DNA of 64,000 nucleotides from Candidatus Thorarchaeota archaeon (GCA_963726195.1 CAVSBO010000004.1:128001-192000); one strand, 5' to 3'; counted from the first letter of the stretch, positions 1 to 12,069 are shown. Notes: generated by a model not told the origin, from the letters alone. Made by a program: numbers and translations.

Positions 1-136
1 GCTGATTCTCCGCACTGGGAGCGTAGCAGCCAGCCTCAATCACCTTGTACACAAGGTCGTCAGGTACGTCCTTCGAAGTTTCGTAGTCCCTGATGGCTCG
101 CCGGGACTTGATCATTCTGATTGTTCTCGTTGTCAT
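1..136 (-). CDS. Nitroreductase family protein, N-terminal part (runs off the window)
   Basis: Manual translation MTTRTIRMIKSRRAIRDY...VIEAGCYAPSAENQ matches the RRSxRxY and APSxxNxQ nitroreductase motifs. Confidence 0.85.
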   Translation of the reverse strand, partial: MTTRTIRMIKSRRAIRDYETSKDVPDDLVYKVIEAGCYAPSAENQ

Positions 137-241
137 CCAAGACGGTCTCTCTCCATTGAGTGGTGCAAGCCCGTCGAGAGGATATCCTTCTTAAAAGGAT
201 GGAGAGAATCAAAGTTTTCGCCGATGATTTTGGTGAGTTTA

Positions 242-847
242 CTATTTGGCCAGCCGTTTCGCTATTTCTGCCACATGCCTGCCGTAGTCTCTTCCCAGTT
301 TCCGTTCTGTCTGGTCCATTTGTCGCGAATTGTCCGAGCCTGCAAGCACGCTGGGGCCATATGGTGTGCCTCCGGCTTGAGTTGAGCCGATCTCCGGGAC
401 ATTAGAACCCAATGGTACGATAATCATCCCATGGTGCATGAGTGGAACCATCATTGTAAGAAGCGTTGACTCATGTCCGCCGTGCATTTCGCTTGCCCCT
501 GTGAAGAAGCCTGCTACCTTATCGACGAGCTTTCGCCTCGACCACAATCCTCCCGTCTGGTCAATGAAGTTCTTCATTTGAGAAGTCATATTACCAAATC
601 TGGTTGGACTGCCGAAGATGATGGCGTCATACTCACCCAGTTCATCGACGGTTGCAATTGGAACATCCTTCTGCAGTTCAGCACCGCGCTTCAGCCCCGG
701 GTTGGTAGCGATAACTGAGGCGGGCACTAATTCTGGTACCTTCTTGATGCTGACTTCTGCACCTGCTTCTTTTGCGCCGGCGGCAATTTCCTTTGCCATC
801 TCATACATGTGGCCGTATGAGCTGTAGTAGAGAACGAGAACCTTCAC
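242..847 (-). CDS. wrbA: NAD(P)H:quinone oxidoreductase WrbA (flavodoxin-like)
   Basis: YYSSYGH, GSPTRFGNM, GGHESTL and GGTPYG motifs; start placed at GTG 847. Confidence 0.93.
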   Translation of the reverse strand: MKVLVLYYSSYGHMYEMAKEIAAGAKEAGAEVSIKKVPELVPASVIATNPGLKRGAELQKDVPIATVDELGEYDAIIFGSPTRFGNMTSQMKNFIDQTGGLWSRRKLVDKVAGFFTGASEMHGGHESTLLTMMVPLMHHGMIIVPLGSNVPEIGSTQAGGTPYGPSVLAGSDNSRQMDQTERKLGRDYGRHVAEIAKRLAK

Positions 848-936
848 GTTGTTTCGATGGCAACCAAAACACTTGAAGATGACGGAAGGGGCGGCGCCAA
901 TCATGTCATCATCCATGAAGATCAATGCCTGGGAAG

Positions 937-1404
937 CTAGCCATTCCTCAATTCAAGCAAGTGTTGGTATTGCCAAACTCGTTCTTTGGCTGTGGCAGCA
1001 TCGGCATCGGAGGAGTTGCTAGCCCTATGAATAGCCTGTAAGGCGTAATTTGCAGCACCTACAGAATGAGTGGGAACATGTGCAGTTGCCACAGCTTGAC
1101 CTGCGGCGCGAGCCGCAGAGCGAGCCGCATTGTCTTCTCCCACCTCGCGAGCGGCCGCATGAGCGTCAAGTGCAGCCTTGCGTATGTCTGCCATCTTGAA
1201 TATCCCAGTCGCTATCCATTTCCGAAGTGCTTCGATAGCCGCCCGAGGGCGGTGGTCTTCTGGGTATTCTCCGTCAAAGTACAGCATCACCCGCTCGACA
1301 CAATCATCAGCCCAGATGGCCAATGTCTTATGGCCAGTTCTTTTCACGAGCTCCATAGTTGCCTCGTCTTTGTATGTAACTGAGAATCTGGATTTTTCTT
1401 TCAT
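937..1404 (-). CDS. Imm5-like putative immunity protein
   Basis: LAIWAxDCVERV, EDHRPRAAI and AARAAGQAVATAHVPTH patterns are typical of this family; ATG at 1404. Confidence 0.75.
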   Translation of the reverse strand: MKEKSRFSVTYKDEATMELVKRTGHKTLAIWADDCVERVMLYFDGEYPEDHRPRAAIEALRKWIATGIFKMADIRKAALDAHAAAREVGEDNAARSAARAAGQAVATAHVPTHSVGAANYALQAIHRASNSSDADAATAKERVWQYQHLLELRNG

Positions 1405-1518
1405 ATTCTCACCCGAGAGAGGCAACGCCAGTGATGCGATTTTCCTTGATGGGAAATAGTCTCTCTGCACTTTTTGTGCAGGCTATCTCCCATCGAAGGT
1501 AAGCTGATGTCACCGAAA

Positions 1519-2721
1519 CTAAATCTGCGGAGCGTCTCTGCCCGGATACTTGAGCCGGAATCCGGTGTCCATGCCTTTGCTTTCTTTCAGAATCACGCCG
1601 CTGGCGACCACTCTTTGGACTTGGTTTGTGCCCTCGTAGATTTGAAGGAGCTTTGCATCACGCATGAGTTTCTCGAATGGGTATTCGTTTACGTACCCGT
1701 ATCCACCGGCGATTTGTATCGCATCGATTGCATTCTGCATGGCTGAGTCTGCTGCGAAGAACTTGGCGAATGCGGAGTCCTTCGAGTTGTCCTTTCCTTG
1801 ATCGGCAAGCCAAGCAGCATAGTGCGTGAGTTGTCTTGCTGCCGCCGCACGGCAAGCCATGTCTGCAAGAGTGAAGCTGATTCCCTCGAACTCTCCAATT
1901 GGATGTCCGAACTGCTGACGAACATTGGCGAACTTCGCCGCCTCATCGACCGCCCTCTGAGCTACACCTGTAGCAATTGCCGCAATTCCTGCTCTAGTCT
2001 TGTCCAGTGTTTTCATTGCAATCTTGAACCCATCGCCCTCTTTCCCAACAAGACAGTCCTTCGGTACTCTCGCATCTTCGAAGAAGACCTCGGTCTGTAT
2101 CGAGTTGCGCTGCCCAATCTTGTTCTCGATATGGCCGATTTTCACAGCCTTGCTCTTTGGCACCATGAACACTGAGAGACCTTTGTGCTTCAGCTCTGGC
2201 TGAGTCGTAGTGAATACAGTGAATAGCGATGCGACAGACGCATTGGTAATGAAACACTTCACGCCGTTGATCACATACTCATCGCCATCTCGAACTGCTT
2301 TTGTTGACACGGAGGCGGCATCAGAGCCTGCGGTCCTCTCGGTTAGACAGAAAGCACCGAACTTGGCTTCTTTTCCAGTAATAAGCGGCTGAACATACTT
2401 CTTGAGCTGCTCTGTCGTTGCCGCGATAACAAGCGGTGCGAACGCAAGGTTGTTGCACATAATCGAAGTCGCCATGCCTGCGCAGCCATAGCCTGTAGCT
2501 TCAGAGACCAAAGTCTCTTCCAGTAGGGTCCGACCCGGTCCTCCGGCCTCCGAAGGAATGTGCAGATTCATTAGACCCGCTTCGTACGCTTTCTGGACGA
2601 TTTCCTTTGGGAACTCATCACGTTTCTCAAGCTCACCTGCTCGCGGTGTAATGTATTGACGTGTGAATTCCTTGGCTTTATCCTGAAGTTTCTGCTCTTT
2701 CTCAGTCAGCGAAAAGTCCAT
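1519..2721 (-). CDS. Acyl-CoA dehydrogenase
   Basis: FCLTE..AGSD, NGVKCFITN, RQQFG, GGYGY and IYEGTNQ motifs. Confidence 0.96.
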   Translation of the reverse strand: MDFSLTEKEQKLQDKAKEFTRQYITPRAGELEKRDEFPKEIVQKAYEAGLMNLHIPSEAGGPGRTLLEETLVSEATGYGCAGMATSIMCNNLAFAPLVIAATTEQLKKYVQPLITGKEAKFGAFCLTERTAGSDAASVSTKAVRDGDEYVINGVKCFITNASVASLFTVFTTTQPELKHKGLSVFMVPKSKAVKIGHIENKIGQRNSIQTEVFFEDARVPKDCLVGKEGDGFKIAMKTLDKTRAGIAAIATGVAQRAVDEAAKFANVRQQFGHPIGEFEGISFTLADMACRAAAARQLTHYAAWLADQGKDNSKDSAFAKFFAADSAMQNAIDAIQIAGGYGYVNEYPFEKLMRDAKLLQIYEGTNQVQRVVASGVILKESKGMDTGFRLKYPGRDAPQI

Positions 2722-2861
2722 TTTTAGTCAACCCGGCCGGATTCGTCTAGAATCTCCCTTTAAAACTCACCGAGTAGCCCGAGTCAACTCTATGGCTACC
2801 ATCTCCCTTAAATCCTCAATTTGATGTCGCCCGCTCAAAACTTGACCATGAGACGACTGAC

Positions 2862-4031
2862 TTGCCGCTAAAGAGGACCCATATCGTAAGTGGAGCCCAA
2901 ACGAAATTCGGAGCGCTGGAAGGAATCACTTTCAGGGAGATGTTTGCAGAGGCTGTCGACAAAGCGACCACTCAGGCGAACATACCCAAGAAGGAGATCG
3001 AAGCGGTTTTCGTTGGGACGTTCAATCCTGAGATGCTTATTCACCAGGGACACACCGCGCCGTTGCTTCTGGACTACGCGGGACTCAGAGGACTGCCGGC
3101 CACGAGGCACGAAGCCGCTTGCGCGTCCGGTGCTGTTGCACTTCGCGCTGGCATAATGGCTATTGAATCTGGGTTGTATGATACCGTGCTTGTGGCGGGT
3201 GTAGAGAAGATGACCTCGGTGTCCACGAACAAGGCAACCGAAGCTCTGGCTGCTGCAGCCGACGATGAGTTCGAGTCCGGTGTTGGTCTCACATTCCCCG
3301 GTGTCTTCGCACTTGCTGCAGTGGCACACATGCAGAAGTACGGCACCACACAAGAGGACATGGCACGTGTTGCGGTCAAAGCTCACAAGAACGCGGCTTC
3401 GAATCCTTTGGCTCAGTTCCAGAAAGAGATCACTCTTGAGAAGGCAATGACACCGAAGTATGTGGCTTGGCCTCTGAAGCTGTACGACTGCTCTCCGATT
3501 TCTGATGGTGCGGCCGCACTCGTATTGGCTTCTGACAAGAAGGCGAAGCAGTATACGGACACGCCAGTCAAGATCGTTGGTACTGGTCAAGCATCCGCTT
3601 CGATGGATCTATCTAACCGAACGGATTTGACGACCTTCGAAGCTTCCGTCTTAGCAAGCAAGATTGCCTACAAGATGGCGGGAGTGACTCCCAAGGATAT
3701 TGACTTCGCGGTTGTTCACGACTGCTTCACTATTGCCGAGATCATAGCAACGGAGGACTTGGGCTTCTTCAAGCCTGGCGAGGGTGCCAAAGCAGTCAGG
3801 GACGGCGTAACTGCGAAGGACGGTTCCAAGCCTATCAACCCGACTGGAGGATTGAAAGCGGTCGGCCACCCTGTTGGAGCGACAGGAGTGAAGCAAGCTG
3901 TTGAGGTGTACAGAGAGCTCATTGGCGCTGCTGGTGCGCTTCAAGTTCCAAAGCACAACATTGGATTGATGCACAACTTCGGCGGCACAGGAGCCACTTG
4001 TGTGGTCAATATCATGCGGAGGGCGGACTAA
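2862..4031 (+). CDS. Archaeal/SCP2-type thiolase (acetyl-CoA C-acyltransferase)
   Basis: EAACASG, HDCF, GHPVGATG and HNFGG motifs. Confidence 0.95.
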   Translation: MPLKRTHIVSGAQTKFGALEGITFREMFAEAVDKATTQANIPKKEIEAVFVGTFNPEMLIHQGHTAPLLLDYAGLRGLPATRHEAACASGAVALRAGIMAIESGLYDTVLVAGVEKMTSVSTNKATEALAAAADDEFESGVGLTFPGVFALAAVAHMQKYGTTQEDMARVAVKAHKNAASNPLAQFQKEITLEKAMTPKYVAWPLKLYDCSPISDGAAALVLASDKKAKQYTDTPVKIVGTGQASASMDLSNRTDLTTFEASVLASKIAYKMAGVTPKDIDFAVVHDCFTIAEIIATEDLGFFKPGEGAKAVRDGVTAKDGSKPINPTGGLKAVGHPVGATGVKQAVEVYRELIGAAGALQVPKHNIGLMHNFGGTGATCVVNIMRRAD

Positions 4032-4420
4032 TGAGCGAACAACCGACACTCGAAGCGTACAAGAAGAACATTCAGGAAGGCAAGTTCAAGGCTTACAGGT
4101 GTACAAAGTGTAAGGCTGTTATTGCTCCTCCCCTGAGTACGTGCTACAACTGTGGAAACACCAAGATGGAATGGACGACAGTGAGCGGCAAAGGCAAGCT
4201 TGTTTCCTTCACAGTCATCTTCGTAGCACCCGACGAATTCGCGGCCGAGGCTCCGTACATCGTTGGCATAGTAGAACTCGAAGAGAAGGCGAGAGTTACA
4301 GCACGACTCGTCGGTTTCGATCCCAACAAGCCGGAGTCCATAAAGGTGGGCACACCCCTCAAGCTTGACTACGAGAAGGGCAAGTCCGGCAAGACCTATC
4401 TTGCTTTCAGGCCTGCCTGA
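4031..4420 (+). CDS. DUF35 Zn-ribbon/OB-fold thiolase partner
   Basis: CTKC..PP...CYNC followed by an OB fold; ATG overlaps the thiolase stop codon. Confidence 0.92.
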   Translation: MSEQPTLEAYKKNIQEGKFKAYRCTKCKAVIAPPLSTCYNCGNTKMEWTTVSGKGKLVSFTVIFVAPDEFAAEAPYIVGIVELEEKARVTARLVGFDPNKPESIKVGTPLKLDYEKGKSGKTYLAFRPA

Positions 4421-4550
4421 TACAGCACCTCAGCGATATCGGCTGGGCAGGGGCTCGAGTCTGCCCCTATCTCAATGCCAAGCATAGGGGCATTTTCGTA
4501 CTGACCATAAAGGAATCTGTTGCCACCGAGTCTTCTATTATCTTGGATGC

Positions 4551-5315
4551 CTACGTATCTGGCCCTTGGCCATTGCTTTCTGGAGACGCTTCATGGACCT
4601 TGGGCATCATAAGCCTTGACCAGTCAATCCGAATCAGTAGATAGACCGCGGCAAGCACGAGCAGAATGGTAAGGGGTTCGACCGATCTTGAAAGTATATT
4701 CGTAGACTCTCCTGATGCGAGAATCTCTTCGACCCATTGCAGACCCATTCTTCCCGACCATGCTATTGCTGTGAGAAACATAGTCTTGCCAATGCACTGA
4801 GGTATAATGACTCTCCACCAAGAGTACCTTGCTGCACCGAGCGGCACAACGACGATATCGTCGGGAAGTGGAGTGACAGCCATGAACCATATGACTGCCG
4901 GTGTCCATCTCGGATGCGCTGCTAGTATGTTCAGAAACGCTTCTCGCTGACTGTCTTGGACATAGTGCCCACCTATGTAGCCTATTGCGTACCCGGTCAT
5001 GTCTCCAAGGGTGGCACCTATGCCGGAAATCAAACCCACGACTATCGGGTCAAATACGAACTGCAGACTGACTGAGTCCCGGAGGCCACCAAAGACGAAG
5101 GTCGTCACGAAGTAGGGGAAGGGCACGAGCACTGTCGCATTGCCTAGGAAGCATATGGCGAAGAGGCCAGGGTAGCCAGCCAACATAGAAAAATCGAGCA
5201 ACCAATTATAGATGACAGCAAATGGGCTTATCAAGTCTGGATAAATGATGATTAGAGCCCAATAGACGCCAACCATTGCGCCCATGGCGATGAATGCTTT
5301 CTCGCGTCTCTTCAA
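4551..5315 (-). CDS. DedA/VTT family membrane protein
   Basis: Multiple TM segments; GATLGDMTGYxIG and TPLPDD motifs. Confidence 0.8.
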   Translation of the reverse strand: MKRREKAFIAMGAMVGVYWALIIIYPDLISPFAVIYNWLLDFSMLAGYPGLFAICFLGNATVLVPFPYFVTTFVFGGLRDSVSLQFVFDPIVVGLISGIGATLGDMTGYAIGYIGGHYVQDSQREAFLNILAAHPRWTPAVIWFMAVTPLPDDIVVVPLGAARYSWWRVIIPQCIGKTMFLTAIAWSGRMGLQWVEEILASGESTNILSRSVEPLTILLVLAAVYLLIRIDWSRLMMPKVHEASPESNGQGPDT

Positions 5316-5461
5316 GGATTCCCGGTCGCCAAGCAGGGAACTATCCTGTACATCATATGAAGATTGACGTTATGTATTGAGAGTGAGGAGCGTGACTCGG
5401 GGTCGACATGCACCTAGTCACCACTGCTGCTAACCTTAAGAAGCACAGCGGCAATTGATGC

Positions 5462-6731
5462 GTGAACAAGATGAGGTACAGTCTAGCCTACGGCAATGGT
5501 CATCTATCCGTCGACTACGAGCGCTTGGGCAATATCCAAGAGGTAGTACCGAAGTCAGCTGTCGCTCATCCTGAACTTGAGAACGAAATAGTCGCTGCCA
5601 TGGAGCATCCAATTCAAGCCGAACCTCTTTCGAAATCACTGACGGACTCCTCCACTGTTGCGATAGTCGTGGATGAGCCCTCACCGGTGTGTCCAACGCA
5701 GAGTCTTCTGGAATCTGTCTTATCATCTACGAGAGTTCTTGGCTTGAATCCCGCGAACGTTACCATTCTTGCTGCTTATCGACTTGGGTCTGTTCACCTC
5801 GAGAACGAGATCAATCGCCAACTGGGGGACCCGATATCCAGTGGTCATACTCTAATCATTCACGACCCAGACGATTCAGAGAGTCTGTCCAATATTGGTG
5901 AGACCCCGAGCTTCCACACGCCGCTGGAGATTAGCAGAGCATTCTTGCAGGCCGATTATCGGATTGGCCTAAGTGCAATACTGCCCGATGTATTTGCCGG
6001 AGCCACGGGAGGGGGAATGTCGGTTCTTCCCGGCGTTAGTGGCCAGAAGACAATCCTCCGTAACATGAAACTAAGAGTCTCGGCGGAGAATGGCCCCCTA
6101 GATGTGGCATGCCCTGCCAGTGTTGATAATCAAGAGGCATCATATCTTGCGGGTCTTGACTTCATAGTCAACACAGTCCCTGACTGGAGGGGGTCTGTCG
6201 CGAGCATTGTCTGCGGGGACCCGTCAGCGGCATGGCATGAAGGTGTAGAGACCTCAAGAAACCTCTCCACCAAAACCATCAATCGGATGGCTGATGCCGT
6301 TCTCGTGAGTGCGGGCGGCTACCCGTTTGACAGGACTCTCTATGACGCGGTCGACAGCTTGTATGCCGCTTTGCGGTGCTCAAGGCACGACGGTGTCATT
6401 GTGCTTGCCGCCGAGTGCGCCGAAGGCCTTGGCCCCAAAGGTTTCGAGAGAGGTTCTCTTTGAGACAAAATCGGAAAAGGAGGCAGTGGTCTTGGCAAAG
6501 AAACGGTTCGAGACAGGAATGGAAAAGTTGAGACTTCTTCGGCATATCACAGACACAAGGAAGCTGGTCTTGTGCTCCAATCTCCAGCAACCCATCATGG
6601 AGGAGACAATCGTGTGCACTCTCACAAGCAGTATGAGCGAGGCTCTAGAGGCTGCAAGAAATCACTTGGGCAGTTGGTCCAGCACAACGATATTGCCCAA
6701 TGGTCGGGCCACATTGATTCAAAGCAGTTAG
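5462..6731 (+). CDS. LarA (lactate racemase)-like protein, degenerate active site, one frameshift near 6455
   Basis: LarA-fold motifs (PIxxEPL, IHDP, GG..SVLPG, SAGGYPFD, AAECAEGLG) across ORFs 5462-6463 and 6309-6731. Confidence 0.8.
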
Positions 6732-6737
6732 CAGAGT

Positions 6738-7070
6738 TCAGGGAGTCTTCTTCTGGGCCGCTTGAGTTTTCTTCTGATCAAACATGGCGTCTACAGCTGA
6801 AAGAGCGTCGGAAGTCTCCTTCTTAGTGAATTCCTTCAGTTTGCCAACCTTGCCGATTCTGACTGTCACGAGAGCGTCTTCATCTCTTGGCGTCATTGCC
6901 CATGATACCTCATAACCTGGCCTCTCAGCGACAAACTGACGCAACATGTCGAACCATGCTTTTTTCACGTCATCAATCGTTACATAGATGAAGTGCCTTA
7001 GAGGTATGCTCACCTCCACGCAAAGAACACGCCCGGACTCGATGTAGTAGTTATCAACCTTCCAAGCCAA
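6738..7070 (-). CDS. Hypothetical protein
   Basis: 110 aa ORF that fills the gap between genes; protein-like composition. Confidence 0.55.
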   Translation of the reverse strand: MAWKVDNYYIESGRVLCVEVSIPLRHFIYVTIDDVKKAWFDMLRQFVAERPGYEVSWAMTPRDEDALVTVRIGKVGKLKEFTKKETSDALSAVDAMFDQKKTQAAQKKTP

Positions 7071-7153
7071 TGCAAAGCACTCCTCAAACTCGAATGCGAC
7101 GCCGTCAAACTATAGATAAGTCTTATTCAAAGGGGAATCGGACCGCCAGAAGT

Positions 7154-10100
7154 CTAGTCTTCGTCCTGCCCTTTGTTTGACGAGAGACGTTTCTCCACAT
7201 CCTCTACGAAACTGTCAGCCCCATCCTTCTGCTTCTTCTCCTTGCTCTGCGATGCTTCTTGCTTCTTCTCACGTTCGGCCATCATGAGCTTCTCAATCTC
7301 AGCCAAGAACCGTTCTTCCGGCTTGAGTTCGATATGTTCCGATGCCGCTTCAAGACCCGGTTCAGCTTTTCCTCCGTAGGAGCTTCATCAGCCAGATTCG
7401 TCTGTGCCTTCCCACTTGTGCGCGCAGGCTTTGTTTCGATTCTTGCCGAACTTCCGCGCGGTCCCGGCTTTTCCTCTGTCTTCGCTTGGACCACTACGAC
7501 CACACCGGGTGACACCGGTTCCTCTCCGGCGGCGCATGCCTCCTTGTCCACAAGAGCCATTCCTTGACGCTGGAGGACTGTTGATATGCTAATTGGGACC
7601 ATCAGACCATTTTCTTCCATATTGAGGAGATAGTCGAATGCTTCTGGCTCTGTCCTGCCAGTTGCTTCGGCGATGGGTGACAGAACGTCTCCAATAAGGA
7701 ACTCGCCTTTCTCATCAATTCTCGTGCCTAAGATGCGTAGAATCTTCTTCTGGTCGCCACTCATCTTCTTTTGCGTGGACAACTTGTGCGGTAGTAGCCA
7801 GTTGAAGTTGAACGCTGCTACTAAGTTGGAAACTATCCACTCGGGGTCGAAGCATTCGGTCTCCCCATTCCAGTCTCTCAGGTTGTCCTGATACTGAGCC
7901 TCGAATCTTTCAACGAAGTACTGCAGTCTGTCCTTCAGTAGCGGAGTGAGTTCGCCCTCGAGAATGAGGATTCCAATAACGTACTTGCCACTATAGCTGT
8001 TCAGCCTGAGTCCGTGGTAATGGATTTCTTCCAGTGTACCTTGGACACCGTTGCCCTTTATCTCTCCATAGACGCTTGTGATCGCAGAGATGAAGCCACT
8101 GATTAGGTCGGCCTGAATTCTGCTTTCGGTGAACGGATGGTAGAAAACGCAGGTTCCGCGGTTCACGTATACTGCCATGAAGTGACGCAACGTCCCGAGG
8201 TCTCTGAAATCCTGCAACTGATGCTCAAGTGACCGCTTGGCGGCAATCTTCTTTGGCTTACGCTTCTTCTGGTTGTAAGCTGCCGCCACGACGGCGCCGA
8301 ACACAAACGTCATTGCCACAAGACCCTCAGGACTTGTGAGAAAGAGAAACATGATAGCGACCATGCCTAGCGTGACTTTGATTTGCAGAGTCTTGTTCGC
8401 AGCCCATACGGAAGTGGCTCCGTGGTATCTTGCGCTGACTTCTAGATAATCGACGGCTGATAATGTACCCACAGGTATGTTGAACGCCCAGCTGGCTTCT
8501 CCGCTGCTGCTAGTCAGATAGGCTTGTATGAAGTTCTGTCTCGTTCCATTAACATAAACTGCGGCGACCTCGAATTCCACGAGGGCTCCCACGATGGGCG
8601 CGTCTGTATTGCTGTGCTTTACGATTGCCCGAAGAGTAATCGAATTGCCTTCAACCGGGCTTCCTACAAAATCCAGAGTAATATACGAGTACTCCTTCGC
8701 GAGGACGGCAAGGCCGGTTGACGTAGTATTTGCTTCACAGCCAACTGCAGCCGCGTTGATGGTCACAATGTACGGAACCGAGGATGGGGGAAGCGTGATT
8801 CGAAAGCTCACTGAGTATACACCGTGGCTGGAATACGTCATTGGATAAACAATGCCTTGGACAGTGGCATTCACACTAGCCCAAAGAACGAACTTTCCGT
8901 GATCTACGTCAGTGAGGTTAACCCAGATGAGGGCCGTCTCATTCTCATATTGCGAGAAGGACGTCAGAGTCGTAAAATGGGTGTGTACTGGCCTAATCAT
9001 GATGGGGCTCACAAACTTACCAGTGGTAAAGTTGACATGACCGAGTGTGACATTGAACAGGTGACTATCCAACGACAACATGAAGGAGCTTATGTTGACG
9101 CGGTACCTACCCGGAGAGATCATTTCTGTGATGACATTTGGCCAAATGAAGTCTGCCACGTTGGCGCCGGGTATTGCGTTGCCGGTATGATTGTCGACGT
9201 ACTCAAGCACAAACACGCAACTCTGGTTGAGATACATGACAGACGGAACCTGACCTTGGCTCACGATGATGTGAGCCGGAACTGGCGCAACCACCAGAGA
9301 AAGAGGAGTCGTCTTCTCTTGGTACCCGTCAGCATAGACATGAATGGTACCCGAGTGCAGTCCGACGCCGAAGTAACGTGCCTGCAATGTCACCGTGTAG
9401 TTATCGCTAGGCTGAGGAGTGAAAGTGTAGGTGTGAGCTTCAATGGTCAAGTTGACTGAACCAAGTGTGATGGGATTGGACCCCATGTCCTGAACCCTGA
9501 CCGAGACGACCACCCAGCCGTCGTTGTAAAGGACAGACGAGCTGTATACACCGAACCCGTATGTCTGACCTGTGGTCACTGAAATAAGAGAGTCTGACGC
9601 AACAGTCACATTCAAGCCCAAAGTCAACATGGTTTGGTATTCGTACCCGTACGACCAAGCTTGGATTGTCGCACTGTGGTTACCCAAGCCTACGTCCTTG
9701 CCTGGGATAGACACGTGCCACGCACCGGCGTAGTATGTCAGATTATGGGTGTGACCGCTGACAGTTACGTTAACAATGGCTGAAGGCGGAACATCGATGC
9801 CTCCGTAAGTGTAGTCCACGGTCAGATTAAACGACTGCGCATATGTTATCGTGGTGTTGGAGGGTTGCCAAGAAATACTAATGCTGGTTTTAGCAAAGAT
9901 GCTCACTGTAATCGTTATGGTCTGATTCTGTAGCGCATATCCCTCAGCGTATACCTTGAATTGGTAGGTGCCAGCAGCTATGCCCAAGGTCGAAGTGATG
10001 TTAGTCCAAGTTCCGTTGCTGTGACCATCGCTCATGCTGACATTGGCCTCGTTGTTGAATGAGCACCTTACAGTCGCATAAGTTGAGTTCAGACCCTGGG

Positions 10101-11808
10101 AATTGTAGGTGTTGACGTAATTGACCCTGACGAAGAAGCTCTCATCACTTATTGCATCAATGGTGTAATCATCAGCGATCAATGATGTGGGGTAGTAAAC
10201 TGCTAAGTCCTTCGAGAGGTAACCGGCTTCGGTCCCATTGCTCCAGAAGATTTCTATCGTATGACGGCCATTCTGGCTAGTTGTAGTGCTGATGTCCCAG
10301 GTGTAACTGGATTTGCCAGCGGTTACTGTCGCATTGGGTGGAGCCCAGATTCTTGAGGCTGAGTGCCAGATGGTAAGGTTTGTCGTGCCTGTAACTGCGG
10401 GATTATTGGTCTGATCTTGAACGCTAGGCTCGATGCTTACATTGGCAAGAATGCTAGCCGTCGTCGGCAACGGCTGTCCGGAGCCCGAGTCCTTGGTTGC
10501 TATGAGCGTCAGATAGTTGAAAGCAATACACCTCAACTTCCATGTCCCATTTGTCATTGAGGTACAATAGGCAACCTTCGAATAGGACGCATAGTGGCCG
10601 TAGTCTGAGGTTGAAGTTCCATTGTACAAGCCAACGATGCTCCAGTCCGACATCTTTGACACATTCAGGAACTTTCTATTTGAACTGAAAATAGGAGCAT
10701 AGGACGCAGTCACTGTGGCATTCCACATGACAGTGCCGCCCGGGTTTGCGCATCTCCATACCATATTGGAGGCGATATCCTTCTTGTACCAAAGAGTCAT
10801 GTTGTAATCCATGTATACGGACTGGTTCGAAGTAACTCGAATCTGGACGATGCTCTTGCTCGAAGTAATGTTCCAGTTCTTTCCAGTGAGTGCAGTGCCA
10901 TTGGCTGCCATGGCCGTATTCTCGGCTCGCTTGTACAATAAGGCAGAGCTCGTGGTTCTGTTCCAGGGAGTGTATGTGTAGTTAAGGAACGCCTCGTAGG
11001 GGATGGAACCCCAAAGGCTATCGAACGTATAGTACCGTTCTGTTGAGTATCCAGCTCCGGTTATCTGTGACTGCCAATACATGGCTGGATACTTGCTCGC
11101 TTTCTTGGTGAGCGTCGTCCCGTTCATCACAACAAAGTATTCCTTGTTTGCATTCAGGTCTGCGCTTGTGTTGACTGTGAGCCAAGTCTTCAGCGCTTGG
11201 GCCGCCATGTCAACTTCGGAAGTTGTCGCATTCGACCCGCTTAGGTATCCATCTCTCACACCTAGGTAGATATGGCCGTAAGTTGATAATGGATTGCCAT
11301 AGGTGTTTGTGTAGTAGAAAACAGAATAATTGTTTAGTCTCGCGTCAAAGCCCTTCTTGAAGAATCCTTGAGTTACCTGGTTGTAGTAATATCCTGAGGC
11401 ATCCGGGTATTCCTTTATTGAAAAGTCGTCGGAAGGTGTTTCAGTGATTCCTGCAATCGCCCTTTCAGGAGAGGCAGTGAGGTTGCGAACCCGAAAACCC
11501 ACTCTGTACAGGATCCAGCCCGGTACTTGATAGGCTACCAGACTGACGTTTCCAATGTGCAGACTAGTATTCACGTAGTGATTAAGAACACGAAGCTGGA
11601 GTCCGGTGACAGTTCTATCAGCGAACAGTGTGGAAGTCAGAGTGCTGCCTGTTCCGCTTACGTCGGCCACGTCGAACGTATTCATCGCCCCTGAGCTCGA
11701 AAGAAGGAATGATGCTTTGGACTGTCGGTCACTGTCGGCAGGTGCAACCAGCGTCAGTACGATTGCAGTAACAAACGCAAGGACAAGGATTCCTTTCTTG
11801 GACATCAC
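7154..11808 (-). CDS. Giant single-pass surface protein: signal peptide, beta-rich glycosylated ectodomain, TM segment, cytoplasmic longin-like and wHTH-like domains; frameshift near 7370
   Basis: N-terminal hydrophobic signal, many NxS/T sequons, TM followed by KKRKPKK, and GTCVFYH...DLISGFISAITS. A homopolymer frameshift restores a charged tail ending at TAG 7154. Confidence 0.8.
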
Positions 11809-12069
11809 TCAGTCGCCTCAGAGGCATTGTGCCATTAGATTCTCGGCGTGCTCGACGTGCTATTCACGGCGGCACAACTTGTAACTATCATCACGCACCC
11901 GCCTTGTAGGTCCCGGGCATCTACTCTGCGAATGCGCGTAGACAGATATCCACACACAATTCGTAAGCAAATGATATATAGCTGATCTTGGGCGGCCTAT
12001 CTCGGAAATCGGACCACTCAGGCTCAAAGTGCGACGAGACCACGCTCAATTCGTCCTTTGCGAGAATAA

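Noticed and set aside
8824-9459. Long antisense ORFs such as this one, 2868-3590 and 61185-61847
   Set aside because: They are shadows of well-supported genes on the opposite strand
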